From: Planctomycetota bacterium
GTDB lineage: Bacteria; Planctomycetota; Planctomycetia; Planctomycetales; Planctomycetaceae
Assembly (NCBI GenBank): GCA_019347905.1
Contig: JAHWKJ010000001.1
Location: forward strand, 1-43,237
Reading direction: 5' to 3'
Length of the DNA: 43,237 bases
Each line of letters begins with the position of its first letter. The stretch's first letter is position 1. The notes under the pieces are model-generated. The model ran no database searches and was not told the origin of the DNA. It worked only from the letters and a program-made list of their open reading frames with translations. The position numbers and the translations under genes are program-made. Positions 27,077-35,544 of this stretch are shown piece by piece.

Positions 27077-27596
27077 TGCTTCGCCCGGCGCCGCGGCGGC
27101 CGAACGTCCCCGCGTGCTGGTCATTGATGACGAGCCGCTGTTTCGCAGCCTGATCTCGGGACTGCTCAAGAACGACTTTGAAGTCGAGACGGCGGCCGAC
27201 GGGGCCGAAGGCTACTTCCGGGCGCTGAAGAGTCGGCCGCACGTCGCGATCATCGACATTCAGATGCCGGGCTGGGACGGCCTGACGACGCTGCACGCGT
27301 TCCATACCCATCCGGCGCTGCGCGACGTCCGCACCATCGTGCTTTCCAGCGACGCGACGCGGCCGACCGTCGTGGCCGCGATTCGCGCCGGGGCCAACGA
27401 ATACCTGATCAAGACCGGCTTCTCGCGCGAGGAACTCTTGCGGAAGCTGAGGAACCTGCTGCGGACACAGGCCGCGTCACAGCAGCCGCCGTCGCAACTG
27501 AGCGAGGCCGACGGCTCAGTCGCCTCGCCGCATGACAATGCGGCCGACGCAGCAAGCATACCCCCGGTTCAGCACGTGCTGGATGAGTGGGACTGA
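27069..27596 (+). CDS. Single-domain CheY-like response regulator receiver with a low-complexity tail
   Basis: Internal ATG of track ORF 27000-27596. RVLVIDDEPLFR, VAIIDIQMPGWDGL (phospho-acceptor Asp context), IVLSSDA, EYLIKTGF. Confidence 0.85.
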   Translation: MVDASPGAAAAERPRVLVIDDEPLFRSLISGLLKNDFEVETAADGAEGYFRALKSRPHVAIIDIQMPGWDGLTTLHAFHTHPALRDVRTIVLSSDATRPTVVAAIRAGANEYLIKTGFSREELLRKLRNLLRTQAASQQPPSQLSEADGSVASPHDNAADAASIPPVQHVLDEWD

Positions 27597-27608
27597 GCGG
27601 TGGAGGCA

Positions 27609-27685
27609 GAGAGGATGGAGGATGGAAGATAGAGGATGGCCGGCTGTGGTTCTGCGCCATCCTCCATTCTCTATCCTCCATCCTC
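27609..27685. terminator. (GGATGGAG)n hairpin copy A4 between convergent genes; possible bidirectional terminator-like structure that also supplies the nadC stop codon
   Basis: Left arm gagaggatggaggatggaagatagaggatgg (27609-27639). Right arm ccatcctccattctctatcctccatcctc (27657-27685). Begins 13 nt after the receiver stop. No U-tract, so a terminator role is inferred only. Confidence 0.45.
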
Positions 27686-28663
27686 ACTCGCCGACTCCCC
27701 GCGCCAGTCAAACGCCAGGTCGAGTGCGGGCGCGGAATGAGTGAGCGCACCCACGCTGATCCGCTCCACGCCGCATTCGGCGATATCCCGCACCGTTTCC
27801 AGCGTCACGCCGCCGGAAGCCTCCAGCAGGACGTGCGGGGCCTGGGCGTCGCGAAGCCGCGCCGCTTCGCGCAGCATGTCCGGCGGCATGTTGTCCAGGA
27901 GGACGATGTCCGGTTCGCCCTCCAGCGCGTCCCGAAGCTGCGCGAGCGAATCCACCTCGACTTCGACCGTCATGCCAACGGGGTCAGACCCCTTTGCGGG
28001 CGTGCGACGTAAACCTTGGGACAACCGCTCCTCCGCAAAGGGGTCTGACCCCTTCGCCAACGCGTCGCGCGCGCGGCGGACGGCCGCGGCAATGCTACGC
28101 TGCGCGTCGCCCTCCGCCCACGCCGACAGGTGGTTGTCTTTGATCAGGCAGCCGTCGAACAGCCCCAGGCGGTGATTGCATCCGCCGCCGCAGCGCACGG
28201 CGTACTTGGCCAGCGCCCGCCCACCCGGCAGCGTCTTGCGCGTATCGAGGATCGTGGCACTGGTGCCGTCAACGGCGTCGACAAACGCCCGGGTCAGTGT
28301 GGCGATGCCGCTGAGGTGCGTGAGAAAGTTGAGCGCCGTCCGCTCGCCCGCCAGCAGCGAGCGCAACGGCCCCGCCACCGACGCCACCACGTCGCCCGGC
28401 TTGAGTGTCGAGCCGTCAGGAAGCTTCGGCCGCCATTCGACGTGGGGATCGAGCCGTTCGAACACGAGTTCAGCGACCGGCCCGCCCGAGAGCACCCCTC
28501 GCGCACGCGCCACCACCAGTATCTCCGCGCGGCGGCCGGGTTCGATCAGCGCCTGCGACGTCAGATCGCCCGCTGCGCCGAGATCTTCCGCCAACGCCAG
28601 CTCGATCAGCCGCGCGGCCGATTCACGCTCCCACTCGCCGAAAGTCTCGGCCATATCACCCAT
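27671..28663 (-). CDS. nadC: Nicotinate-nucleotide pyrophosphorylase (carboxylating) with an in-frame palindromic insertion
   Basis: Track ORF. Motifs GERTALNFLTHLSGIAT, ILDTRKTLPGGRALAKYAVRCGGGCNHR, LIKDNH, VEVEVDSLAQL, LLDNM and SGGVTLETV are typical of QPRTase. Confidence 0.9.
   Translation of the reverse strand: MGDMAETFGEWERESAARLIELALAEDLGAAGDLTSQALIEPGRRAEILVVARARGVLSGGPVAELVFERLDPHVEWRPKLPDGSTLKPGDVVASVAGPLRSLLAGERTALNFLTHLSGIATLTRAFVDAVDGTSATILDTRKTLPGGRALAKYAVRCGGGCNHRLGLFDGCLIKDNHLSAWAEGDAQRSIAAAVRRARDALAKGSDPFAEERLSQGLRRTPAKGSDPVGMTVEVEVDSLAQLRDALEGEPDIVLLDNMPPDMLREAARLRDAQAPHVLLEASGGVTLETVRDIAECGVERISVGALTHSAPALDLAFDWRGESASEDGG
27980..28052. repeat. Perfect 20-nt inverted repeat GGGGTCAGACCCCTTTGCGG / CCGCAAAGGGGTCTGACCCC (family C) inside nadC
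   Basis: Arms at 27980-27999 and 28033-28052 with a 33-nt loop. Each arm has a nested GGGGTC-a-GACCCC mini-palindrome. Translated on the minus strand as AKGSDPFAEERLSQGLRRTPAKGSDPV. Confidence 0.9.
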
Positions 28664-28696
28664 GAGTCGCCATTTTCGTCATTCAGACTTCGAGAC

Positions 28697-28773
28697 GTTT
28701 AGCCGCGACTCGCCAGAGGAGCGCTTCGGGACGACTCGCTCCAGAGCGCTCCTCTGGCGAGTCGCGGCTAAAC
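28697..28773. repeat. Perfect 29-nt inverted repeat with GTTTAGCCGCG...CGCGGCTAAAC termini (family B, copy 2)
   Basis: gtttagccgcgactcgccagaggagcgct (28697-28725), 19-nt loop, agcgctcctctggcgagtcgcggctaaac (28745-28773). Lies in the divergent nadC/ald intergenic region. Confidence 0.9.
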
Positions 28774-28814
28774 GGCATAGATTGTCGAAAACGGCTCCGG
28801 GCGCTGGCGCCTCC

Positions 28815-28845
28815 GGCTCTCGACTCTCGACCCTCCGTCTCGACC
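28815..28845. repeat. CTCGACY heptamer repeat (family D, copy 2) just upstream of ald
   Basis: ggctctcgactctcgaccctccgtctcgacc. Shares ggctctc...ctcgactctcgaccctc with the copy at 19735-19767. Confidence 0.7.
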
Positions 28846-28858
28846 TAAGGAAGCCCCG

Positions 28859-29974
28859 ATGATCGTCGGCGTGCCCCGCGAGATCAAGCAGGACGAATAC
28901 CGCGTGGCGCTCATCCCCGTCGGCGCTGAAGAGCTGACGCAGGCCGGCCATCGCGTGCTGGTCGAGCGCGGCGCCGGCCTCGGCAGCGGCATCCCCGACG
29001 AGCTGTACGCACAAAACGGCGCCGAGATCGTCGATTCCGCACAGCAGATCTTTGCCGAGGCCGAACTCGTCATCAAGGTCAAGGAGCCGCTAGGTGCGGA
29101 GTGGCCGCTGCTCCGCGCCGGGCAGATGCTGTTCACGTATTTCCACTTCGCCGCCGACGAAGCATTGACCCGCCGCGTGCTGGAGACGGGCGTGACGGCG
29201 CTGGCCTACGAGACGCTGCGTGGGCCTCATGGGGACTTGCCGTGCCTGACGCCGATGAGCGAAGTCGCCGGCCGCATGAGCATCCAGGAAGGCGCGAAGT
29301 ACCTGGAGCGCCCGCAGGAGGGCCGCGGCATCCTCCTGGGCGGCGTCCCCGGCGTGGCGCCCGCGCACATTGTCATTCTGGGTGGGGGCGTCGTGGGCAA
29401 GAATGCGGCCCGCATCGCCGCCGGCTTCCAGGCCGACGTGGCCATCCTCGACATCAACGTCGACCGCCTGCGGTACCTCGAAGACATCATGCCGGCCAAC
29501 GTAAATACACTGTTCAGCGACCGGCACAACATCCGTGAGCAACTCGCACTGGCGGACCTGGTGATCGGCGCCGTACTCATCCCCGGAGCACTCGCGCCGC
29601 GGCTGGTGACGGCCGATGACCTGAAGATCATGAAGCCGGGGGCGGTGATCATCGACGTGGCGATCGACCAGGGCGGCTGCACCGAGACCAGCCGCCCGAC
29701 GACACACTCGGAGCCGACCTACATCATCGACGGCATCGTGCACTACTGCGTCACGAACATGCCGGGGGCCGTCGGCCGCACGAGCACCTACGCGCTCTGT
29801 AATGTGACGTTCCCCTACGCGCTGTCGCTCGCCGAGCGCGGCCTGACCGGTGCCTGCGCCGCCGATCCGGGTCTGGCGGCCGCCGTCAACATGCACGCCG
29901 GCCGCGTGCGGAACCGCGCCGTCGCCGAGACCTTCGGCATGCCGTTCGAAGAGTTCTCGCCCACCGCCCGGTAG
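28859..29974 (+). CDS. ald: Alanine dehydrogenase
   Basis: Track ORF. MIVGVPREIKQDEYRVALIPVG, FTYFHFAA, the Rossmann motif VVILGGGVVGKNAARIAAG, and GAVIIDVAIDQGGC. Confidence 0.95.
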   Translation: MIVGVPREIKQDEYRVALIPVGAEELTQAGHRVLVERGAGLGSGIPDELYAQNGAEIVDSAQQIFAEAELVIKVKEPLGAEWPLLRAGQMLFTYFHFAADEALTRRVLETGVTALAYETLRGPHGDLPCLTPMSEVAGRMSIQEGAKYLERPQEGRGILLGGVPGVAPAHIVILGGGVVGKNAARIAAGFQADVAILDINVDRLRYLEDIMPANVNTLFSDRHNIREQLALADLVIGAVLIPGALAPRLVTADDLKIMKPGAVIIDVAIDQGGCTETSRPTTHSEPTYIIDGIVHYCVTNMPGAVGRTSTYALCNVTFPYALSLAERGLTGACAADPGLAAAVNMHAGRVRNRAVAETFGMPFEEFSPTAR

Positions 29975-30112
29975 TGTGGACTTCAGCCCATCCGTGCGCA
30001 TCCGTGTGATCCGGGTTAAAACCTCTTGAGTGACGCGTCGTCGGGGCAGATGTCAACCACGTGCGCCCAAAGACCGTAGGACGGCTTCCCAAAGGCGTCC
30101 GCGCGCTCCAAT

Positions 30113-30931
30113 TCACGCTGCCGGCGGGACCGCACGGGCCTCTGCGGCGAGGATCGACCGCAGGTGTGCAGGACGGTCAGTGGTGATGCCATGCACCCCC
30201 AGATCCCGCAGCCGCAAAGCCTCATCCCCGCTGTTGCAGGTCCAGACGTAGACCTCCAGCCCCGCGGCGCGGGCCATCTCGACCACTTCGGCATCGAGCG
30301 TCTCGGGACCACCCAGATCGACGCCATCGAGGCCCGGCGTCTTCGCCGTCTGCACGATATCGGCCGCCTTCGGCAGCAGGCTTCCATGCTCGAAACGCCG
30401 CGCGACAACGTGGCAGACAGTATATGCGGGCAGGGCCTCTTTGACCGCCAGCATCGTCTCGAGCGAAAAGCCGATCGGCACGACCTGCTCCGCCATCCGC
30501 CGCTGCGCGAGGAGGGCGCAAAGCTCCGAGACGATCGACAGGCCGCACTTGATTTCGACGAACAGCCTTCGCCCCGGCGGCACCACATCGAGGACTTCTT
30601 CCAGCGTGGGGACGCGCTCTCCCGCGAACGCGGCGGCTTTCCAGCGGCCCACGTCCAGCCGCCTGAGTTCCGCAAGCGTCAGATCGGCGACGGCCACATC
30701 CGTTCCCGCCAGCCGCAACAGCCGCTCGTCGTGCACGGCGACGATCCGGCGATCGCGGGTGAGCATGACATCAATCTCGACGGCGTCCGCCTCCTGCCGC
30801 CACGCGAGATCGATCGCGGCCAGCGTGTTCTCCGGCGCGTCGTGCGAAGCGCCGCGGTGGGCGATGATCTCGACGCCGAGCGGGAACTTGACGGACCCTT
30901 TTACCCCTGTCACCACTTTCACCTCTGTCAC
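30113..30931 (-). CDS. Glycerophosphodiester phosphodiesterase family protein
   Basis: Track ORF. IIAHRGASHDAPENTLAAI and AVEIDVMLTRDRRIVAVHD are GDPD signatures. The start is uncertain: several in-frame GTG codons lie within a repeat-like GTGACAGAGGTGAAAGTGGTGACAGGG stretch. Confidence 0.85.
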   Translation of the reverse strand: MTEVKVVTGVKGSVKFPLGVEIIAHRGASHDAPENTLAAIDLAWRQEADAVEIDVMLTRDRRIVAVHDERLLRLAGTDVAVADLTLAELRRLDVGRWKAAAFAGERVPTLEEVLDVVPPGRRLFVEIKCGLSIVSELCALLAQRRMAEQVVPIGFSLETMLAVKEALPAYTVCHVVARRFEHGSLLPKAADIVQTAKTPGLDGVDLGGPETLDAEVVEMARAAGLEVYVWTCNSGDEALRLRDLGVHGITTDRPAHLRSILAAEARAVPPAA

Positions 30932-30950
30932 CGGCAGTCTGTACTACAAA

Positions 30951-31013
30951 CCGAGCCTTCGTTCTCCGTTGCGTTCTGTTCATTTGATTGCGGCCGAGCG
31001 TCGCGAGGCCGCC
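30951..31013. repeat. ~65-bp dispersed element (family I, copy 1): CCGAGCCTTCGTT..CTCCGTTG..CTGTTCA..GGCCGAGC..GCGAGGCCGC
   Basis: ccgagccttcgttctccgttgcgttctgttcatttgattgcggccgagcgtcgcgaggccgcc aligns by eye with 38135-38201. Lies between the J-protein stop and the GDPD start. Confidence 0.7.
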
Positions 31014-31064
31014 CTCGGCTCACTTCGGCCGCTCCAGGCGCTGACGCTTCCGACTCGTGCACTG

Positions 31065-32015
31065 TTACCACAAACCGGCCCGGGGATTCTCGGGCGAGCG
31101 GGCCGCAAGCTCCCGGTACAGACGCTGCGTCTCGTCGTCCGCCTGGGCCGGCACCACAATCTTGATAACGACGAATTGATCCCCCCGCTGGCCTGTCTTC
31201 GCATCGGTCACGCCCTTGCCGCGCAGCCGCAGCTTGCGGCCGCTGGAGGAGGCGGGCGGGACCGTGACTGTCACGTTGCCTTCGCCCAGCGTCGGCGCCT
31301 CGACCTTCGCGCCCAGCACCGCTTCGGACGGCGTAATCGGCACGTCGACGTACAGGTCGCTGCCCTCGCGGCGGAACCACGGGTGCGGCGCGACACGGAT
31401 GGTGAGCAGGAGATCGCCCGCCGGTCCCCCGCCCGGCCCCGGCTGCCCCTGGCCCGCGAGGCGGATCGTCTTGCCGTCGTCGATGCCTGCCGGAATCTTG
31501 ACGTTGATGCGTTCGGTGCGGCCCTCGCGCTCCAGGGCCAGCGAGTGGTTCCCGCCTTCGGCGGCGGTCTGAAAGGGCACTTGGATGTCGAGCGCGACGT
31601 CCTGCCCCCGCATCGGCCGCGGCCCGCCGCGTCCGCCCCCGAAACCGGCCTGCCCGCCCATCCCGCCGAACATGCCGCCGAGGATGTCGTTGAGGTCGAA
31701 CTCGGCCGACGTTCCGCCGGGCGCGCCGCGGGTCGACCACTTGGTCTTCCACTGGAACGGCCCCTGCCCCCATTGACCGCCACCCTTGAAGGCGGCCCCG
31801 TAGCGGTCGAATTGCTCGCGCTTCTCGGGATCGCTCAGGATCTCGTAGGCTTCCTGGATCTTCTTGAACCGCTCGGCCGCCGCGGTATCGCCAGGGTTCT
31901 TATCCGGGTGATACTGGCGCGACAGCTTGCGGTGGGCCTTGCGAATCTCATCGCTGGAGGCCCCGCGCGAAACGCCCAGGATCTTGTAGTAGTCGTCGTC
32001 GGCAGCGGCAGGCAT
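31065..32015 (-). CDS. DnaJ-class J-domain co-chaperone lacking the zinc-finger domain (CbpA-like)
   Basis: Track ORF. DYYKILGVSRGASSDEIRKAHRKLSRQYHPDKNPGD (HPD motif), a Gly/Phe-rich linker and DnaJ C-terminal beta domains. No CXXCXGXG repeats. Confidence 0.85.
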   Translation of the reverse strand: MPAAADDDYYKILGVSRGASSDEIRKAHRKLSRQYHPDKNPGDTAAAERFKKIQEAYEILSDPEKREQFDRYGAAFKGGGQWGQGPFQWKTKWSTRGAPGGTSAEFDLNDILGGMFGGMGGQAGFGGGRGGPRPMRGQDVALDIQVPFQTAAEGGNHSLALEREGRTERINVKIPAGIDDGKTIRLAGQGQPGPGGGPAGDLLLTIRVAPHPWFRREGSDLYVDVPITPSEAVLGAKVEAPTLGEGNVTVTVPPASSSGRKLRLRGKGVTDAKTGQRGDQFVVIKIVVPAQADDETQRLYRELAARSPENPRAGLW

Positions 32016-32093
32016 GGCGCACGAGAGGATGGGCGAGGGAAGCGCGGGAATGATACGAATTGCCCGCGGTGCGGAAAAGACCGGCGGTGGAGG

Positions 32094-32170
32094 GAGGAGG
32101 ATGGAGGATAGAGGATGGAGGATGGAGGATGGCGCCGAGGGGAATCCGCCATCTTCTATCCTCCACCCTC
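32094..32170. terminator. (GGATGGAG)n hairpin copy A5 between co-directional genes (terminator-like)
   Basis: Left arm gaggaggatggaggatagaggatggaggatggaggatgg (32094-32132). Right arm ccatcttctatcctccaccctc (32149-32170). On the minus strand it lies 16 nt downstream of the 32186 stop and 79 nt upstream of the J-protein start. Confidence 0.45.
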
Positions 32171-32185
32171 AACCGCGATGCGGCT

Positions 32186-34021
32186 TCATCGCTCGATCTT
32201 CACCAGCCCCGCCTCCCGCGCCGCCGGCTCCGGGTCCTCAAACGGCAGCGACTTGAGGAACTCGACGAGGTCGTCCAGCTCGGCGTCGCTCAGGTGGCTC
32301 GTCTTCCCGTGGCGGTCTCCCGCGTTGCACGTTGTCAGCACGTCGCGCAAGGTAACGGCGCGGCCGTGATGCAGATACGGGGCGGTGCGATAGACGCCCA
32401 ACAGCGTTGGCGTGTCGTACTTCGGCCCCATCTTCTCGGACGGATCATCGCCGCCGGTCCCCACGTCGTGCAGCACGAACTCGCCGCCGGCGTCCGGCCG
32501 CGAATCGGTATACAACGGCCCCGCGTGGCAGGTCGCGCAGCGGGTTTCTTTCGAGAAGAAGAGTTCGCGGCCGCGGTGGGCGGCGGCGCTCAGGCCCCCT
32601 TTCGCGTGCGGGCTGAGCGGGAACGCGTGCGAGTTGGCATACGCGGCCACGGCATCCAGCTCCGCCGACAGCTCGCGGTTCGGCTCTGCCAGCGAGTCAT
32701 TCAGCTTCCCGCGGATGAGTCCGCGGCCCTGCATCAGCGGCCCCCGGATCGTGTGCTCGAAGTCCTGCACTTCATCGCGGTCGGCCGACCAGTGGATCGG
32801 GTGTGTCCACGCCATGCCCGCCAGCGACTGCGTGTTCCTCAGGCCTTCGGGATTGTGCCACGTGCGGCCGTCGGCGTCGCCGTCGGGGTGGCAGCTCGAG
32901 CACGAGATCCAGCGGCGGCTGACCATCGGCTGCAGCGCCGAGTAAAACAGCCGCTTGCCCGCCAGCACGTCCTCGTCGAGCGGGCAGTCGCACACCGAAA
33001 CGCTCGCCACCGGCCGCAACTGCTTCGCGTCGTAGGCGACGACGTTGAAGTCGAGCGCGTTATAGACATAGAAGGTGTTGCCGTCGGGCGCGACGCGGAC
33101 GGCCCGCGGGTTATTGCCCAGTTGCAGGTACCCCGCCTCGGCGACCTCGCGGTAGTCGTCGTCAACGATGTCGCAGGCGAACATGTCGTTCGTGCCGGCG
33201 AACACGATGTACAGCCGCCGCCCGTCCGGCGAGACGGCCACCTCCCACGGATTGGCCGTCACCAGGTTCCCGCGAAAGGCGTCCATGGGAATCCGCGTGC
33301 GGCGGCGGTCTTCGCCCGGCCGCGTGTCGACGATCGCAAGGTACGGAAAGATCGAGCCGGCCCCGTGGACGGCGGTGATTTTCGAGCGGATGTGCGACAG
33401 GTAAACCTTCGGCCGCCGCGGATGCACGACGAGCTGCCGCGCGAGGTTATCGGTCGCAGGGCCGGTCCATTCGTCGACCGTCTGCCCGTCCTTCAGGTCG
33501 ATCACCCGCACAACCGCCGTGAAGTACTCGCAGTAGTACAGCCGCGACTCATCGGGCGCGAGCGCAATGCCGCGGGGGAATCGCCCGGCATCGAACGTGC
33601 GGACGACGTGGCCTTCGACGGGATCGATCTCCACGATCTGTCCCGGATACTCCAGCGTGACATAGATCCGCCCGCCATCGGCGGTACTGACAACGGCATA
33701 GGGTTCATCGAAGACGTCGATCGACCGCTCGCGCGTCCCGGCATCCGCATTGAGAATGTGCACCACATCATCGCCATACACCGCCACCGCCAGCCGGTGC
33801 GTGTCCCCCAGAAACGACAGCCCCTCCGGCTTCTTCCCGACCTGGATTTCCCGCAGCTTGGTATGCGTGGCGAGATCGACGACCGTCACGCTGCCACTAT
33901 CGCGGTTCGCGCAGGCCAGCAGCTTTCCGTCCGCGGAGATATCCATCAGGCTGTTCGCCTGCCCACCCAACGCGTTTCCCGTGACCGCCGCTCCCAGCAG
34001 CGCAGCCAGGACGAACTGCAT
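32186..34021 (-). CDS. Secreted beta-propeller (YVTN/YncE-like) plus di-haem cytochrome c peroxidase-family protein
   Basis: Track ORF 32186-34147. Likely start ATG 34021 (MQFVLAALLGAAVTGNALG). Repeated propeller-like blocks. Two haem motifs, CSSCH and CATCH, with the GLRNTQSL and TPTLLGVYRTAPYLHHG contexts typical of CCP/MauG-like proteins. Confidence 0.8.
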   Translation of the reverse strand: MQFVLAALLGAAVTGNALGGQANSLMDISADGKLLACANRDSGSVTVVDLATHTKLREIQVGKKPEGLSFLGDTHRLAVAVYGDDVVHILNADAGTRERSIDVFDEPYAVVSTADGGRIYVTLEYPGQIVEIDPVEGHVVRTFDAGRFPRGIALAPDESRLYYCEYFTAVVRVIDLKDGQTVDEWTGPATDNLARQLVVHPRRPKVYLSHIRSKITAVHGAGSIFPYLAIVDTRPGEDRRRTRIPMDAFRGNLVTANPWEVAVSPDGRRLYIVFAGTNDMFACDIVDDDYREVAEAGYLQLGNNPRAVRVAPDGNTFYVYNALDFNVVAYDAKQLRPVASVSVCDCPLDEDVLAGKRLFYSALQPMVSRRWISCSSCHPDGDADGRTWHNPEGLRNTQSLAGMAWTHPIHWSADRDEVQDFEHTIRGPLMQGRGLIRGKLNDSLAEPNRELSAELDAVAAYANSHAFPLSPHAKGGLSAAAHRGRELFFSKETRCATCHAGPLYTDSRPDAGGEFVLHDVGTGGDDPSEKMGPKYDTPTLLGVYRTAPYLHHGRAVTLRDVLTTCNAGDRHGKTSHLSDAELDDLVEFLKSLPFEDPEPAAREAGLVKIER

Positions 34022-34245
34022 CCGCCAGGCGCAACCGCGACGCGGACTGCAGCGGCCCGCCTTGCTTGTCGGATTCGCGAACCATCCATCGCTCAAAATC
34101 ATGCGTGTCTCTCCACCGTCGAGGGACAGACTCCTCTCCCGCCGCACGCCGGGAGCATGCCCACAGCTTGGCAGATTGCGACCGCCAGTGCCATCTTGCG
34201 CGGTGACGCGAGCGGCTCGCCGTGGGACGTCGCCCTGCCACGGCG

Positions 34246-34512
34246 TTACGGGAAGAATCGATAGAGATCGCGGCGAGGAAGGCAGCGAACGAACTCGACG
34301 AGATCGCCTTCCACCACAACGCCAAGGCGGTAGTCGCCGATGCGAATGCGGTAGCAGTCGATCGAACCGGCGAGCTTCGTAAGATCGGCGAGTTCTGCAA
34401 GCGTCGCGGCGGACTCGACTTCTTCGATCGCCTGCCGTACCCGCTTGAGGATCGCCCGGCTCTTCACCTTCTTGAGATCCCGGAGAAAGCTCTTCCGGAA
34501 GCTAGTCCTCAT
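34246..34512 (-). CDS. Type II toxin-antitoxin system RelE/ParE family toxin
   Basis: Track ORF of 88 aa. FRKSFLRDLKKV...CYRIRIGDYRLGVVVEGDLVEFVRCLPRRDLY matches the RelE/ParE consensus (YRIRVGDYRIIY...HRKDVY). Confidence 0.8.
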   Translation of the reverse strand: MRTSFRKSFLRDLKKVKSRAILKRVRQAIEEVESAATLAELADLTKLAGSIDCYRIRIGDYRLGVVVEGDLVEFVRCLPRRDLYRFFP

Positions 34513-34730
34513 GGCTTCCCTTCGAGGACGCCGAAGACTTCCTTCCGTGTCGCTGCCTTCGTCTTTCGGCCTTCACGAATCGCTTCACCGAGGGCGAGAT
34601 CTTCGATCGCCTCCGCAAACAGATCGCGCAAGAGCTCCCGCTGTTCCAGAAACGCTTCGTTCAGCGCCTCTTTCACCGCTTGCTTCAACGCCCCGCCGTT
34701 CGCTTCGCCGCGTGCCATATGCTTTGCCAT
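34509..34730 (-). CDS. Putative cognate antitoxin
   Basis: Track ORF 34509-34802. ATGA overlap with the toxin start. The likely start is the internal ATG at 34730 (MAKHMARGEANGG...). Assigned by position and size only. Confidence 0.55.
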   Translation of the reverse strand: MAKHMARGEANGGALKQAVKEALNEAFLEQRELLRDLFAEAIEDLALGEAIREGRKTKAATRKEVFGVLEGKP

Positions 34731-34826
34731 GCATTCGTCGAAAATGTGGGAGACGATATACGCGAGGATGCACAGGCGATTCGCGCCTGTCAATGGATTC
34801 ACGGGTCCCGCTTCTTCGCCACGGCA

Positions 34827-35252
34827 TCACGCGCGTCCCACGGCGACGGCTTCGGGCAGATCAATCGCCGATAGCGAGCCGGTGAGTTCCAACGTGGCCG
34901 TATCAAGCTGGTCGAGGAACTCGGCGAACGTTTCGCACGAGCGCACTGGGAACTCGATCAGCGTCTCCTGCCCCTCCGCGGTGGTACGGAGAACGGCGGT
35001 CTCAATCATCCAGCCGTCGTCCCGGCGGCCCGCTTCCAGCCACCAGGACACCGCATGACCGGAAACGAGTTCCGCATCGACGTAGCCCTCAACCACCGTT
35101 CGCTGTTCGTAGCGCCGGCAGTCGATGCGGCGCGACACTTCGGCCACATCGCTCCGCCGCCGCAACTCGCCGGCCAATTCGATCAGCCGGCCATTGGCGG
35201 CGGCGAGCGCATGGAGCATCTGCTCGGCGTGACGGCTGGCGGCATCGTTCAT
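34827..35252 (-). CDS. Hypothetical protein
   Basis: Track ORF of 141 aa with balanced composition, unlike the Arg/Pro-rich artefact ORFs. No family recognised. Confidence 0.45.
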   Translation of the reverse strand: MNDAASRHAEQMLHALAAANGRLIELAGELRRRSDVAEVSRRIDCRRYEQRTVVEGYVDAELVSGHAVSWWLEAGRRDDGWMIETAVLRTTAEGQETLIEFPVRSCETFAEFLDQLDTATLELTGSLSAIDLPEAVAVGRA

Positions 35253-35544
35253 TCAATTCACCGTGGAAATCGGCCGCGCTCCGTTACGGCGTCCCGCAAT
35301 TCCTCGGGCGAAACGCCGACGACAGAGACATGTCCTTCAGGTTCATTGTCGCGGATGACCGCCCAATGTTGCGAGCTTCCAACACGCGGTCAACCCGCCG
35401 CCGAAAGTGAGTCTGAGCAGCCGCGCATCGTACGCGATCTCGGATGGAAATGGTGTCGGAGCCGCAAAGGCGCTATCGACAGAGCCGCCATCGGGTGCTT
35501 CAATTCGCCGCACCTTTTTTGGCAATCGCACGGAGGGCCGTTCA

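Noticed and set aside
29975-30112. Short direct repeat CATCCGTG x2 (about 29986-30008) between convergent ald and GDPD genes
   Set aside because: It is only 8 nt repeated once. It may belong to a dispersed family, but the window gives no second copy to support that.
35253-35372. Minus-strand reading frame giving ...HWAVIRDNEPEGHVSVVGVSPEELRDAVTERGRFPR* just upstream of the 34827-35252 gene
   Set aside because: It looks protein-like but is bounded by an in-frame TGA about 40 codons upstream with no usable start codon. It is possibly a gene remnant and cannot be supported as a CDS.
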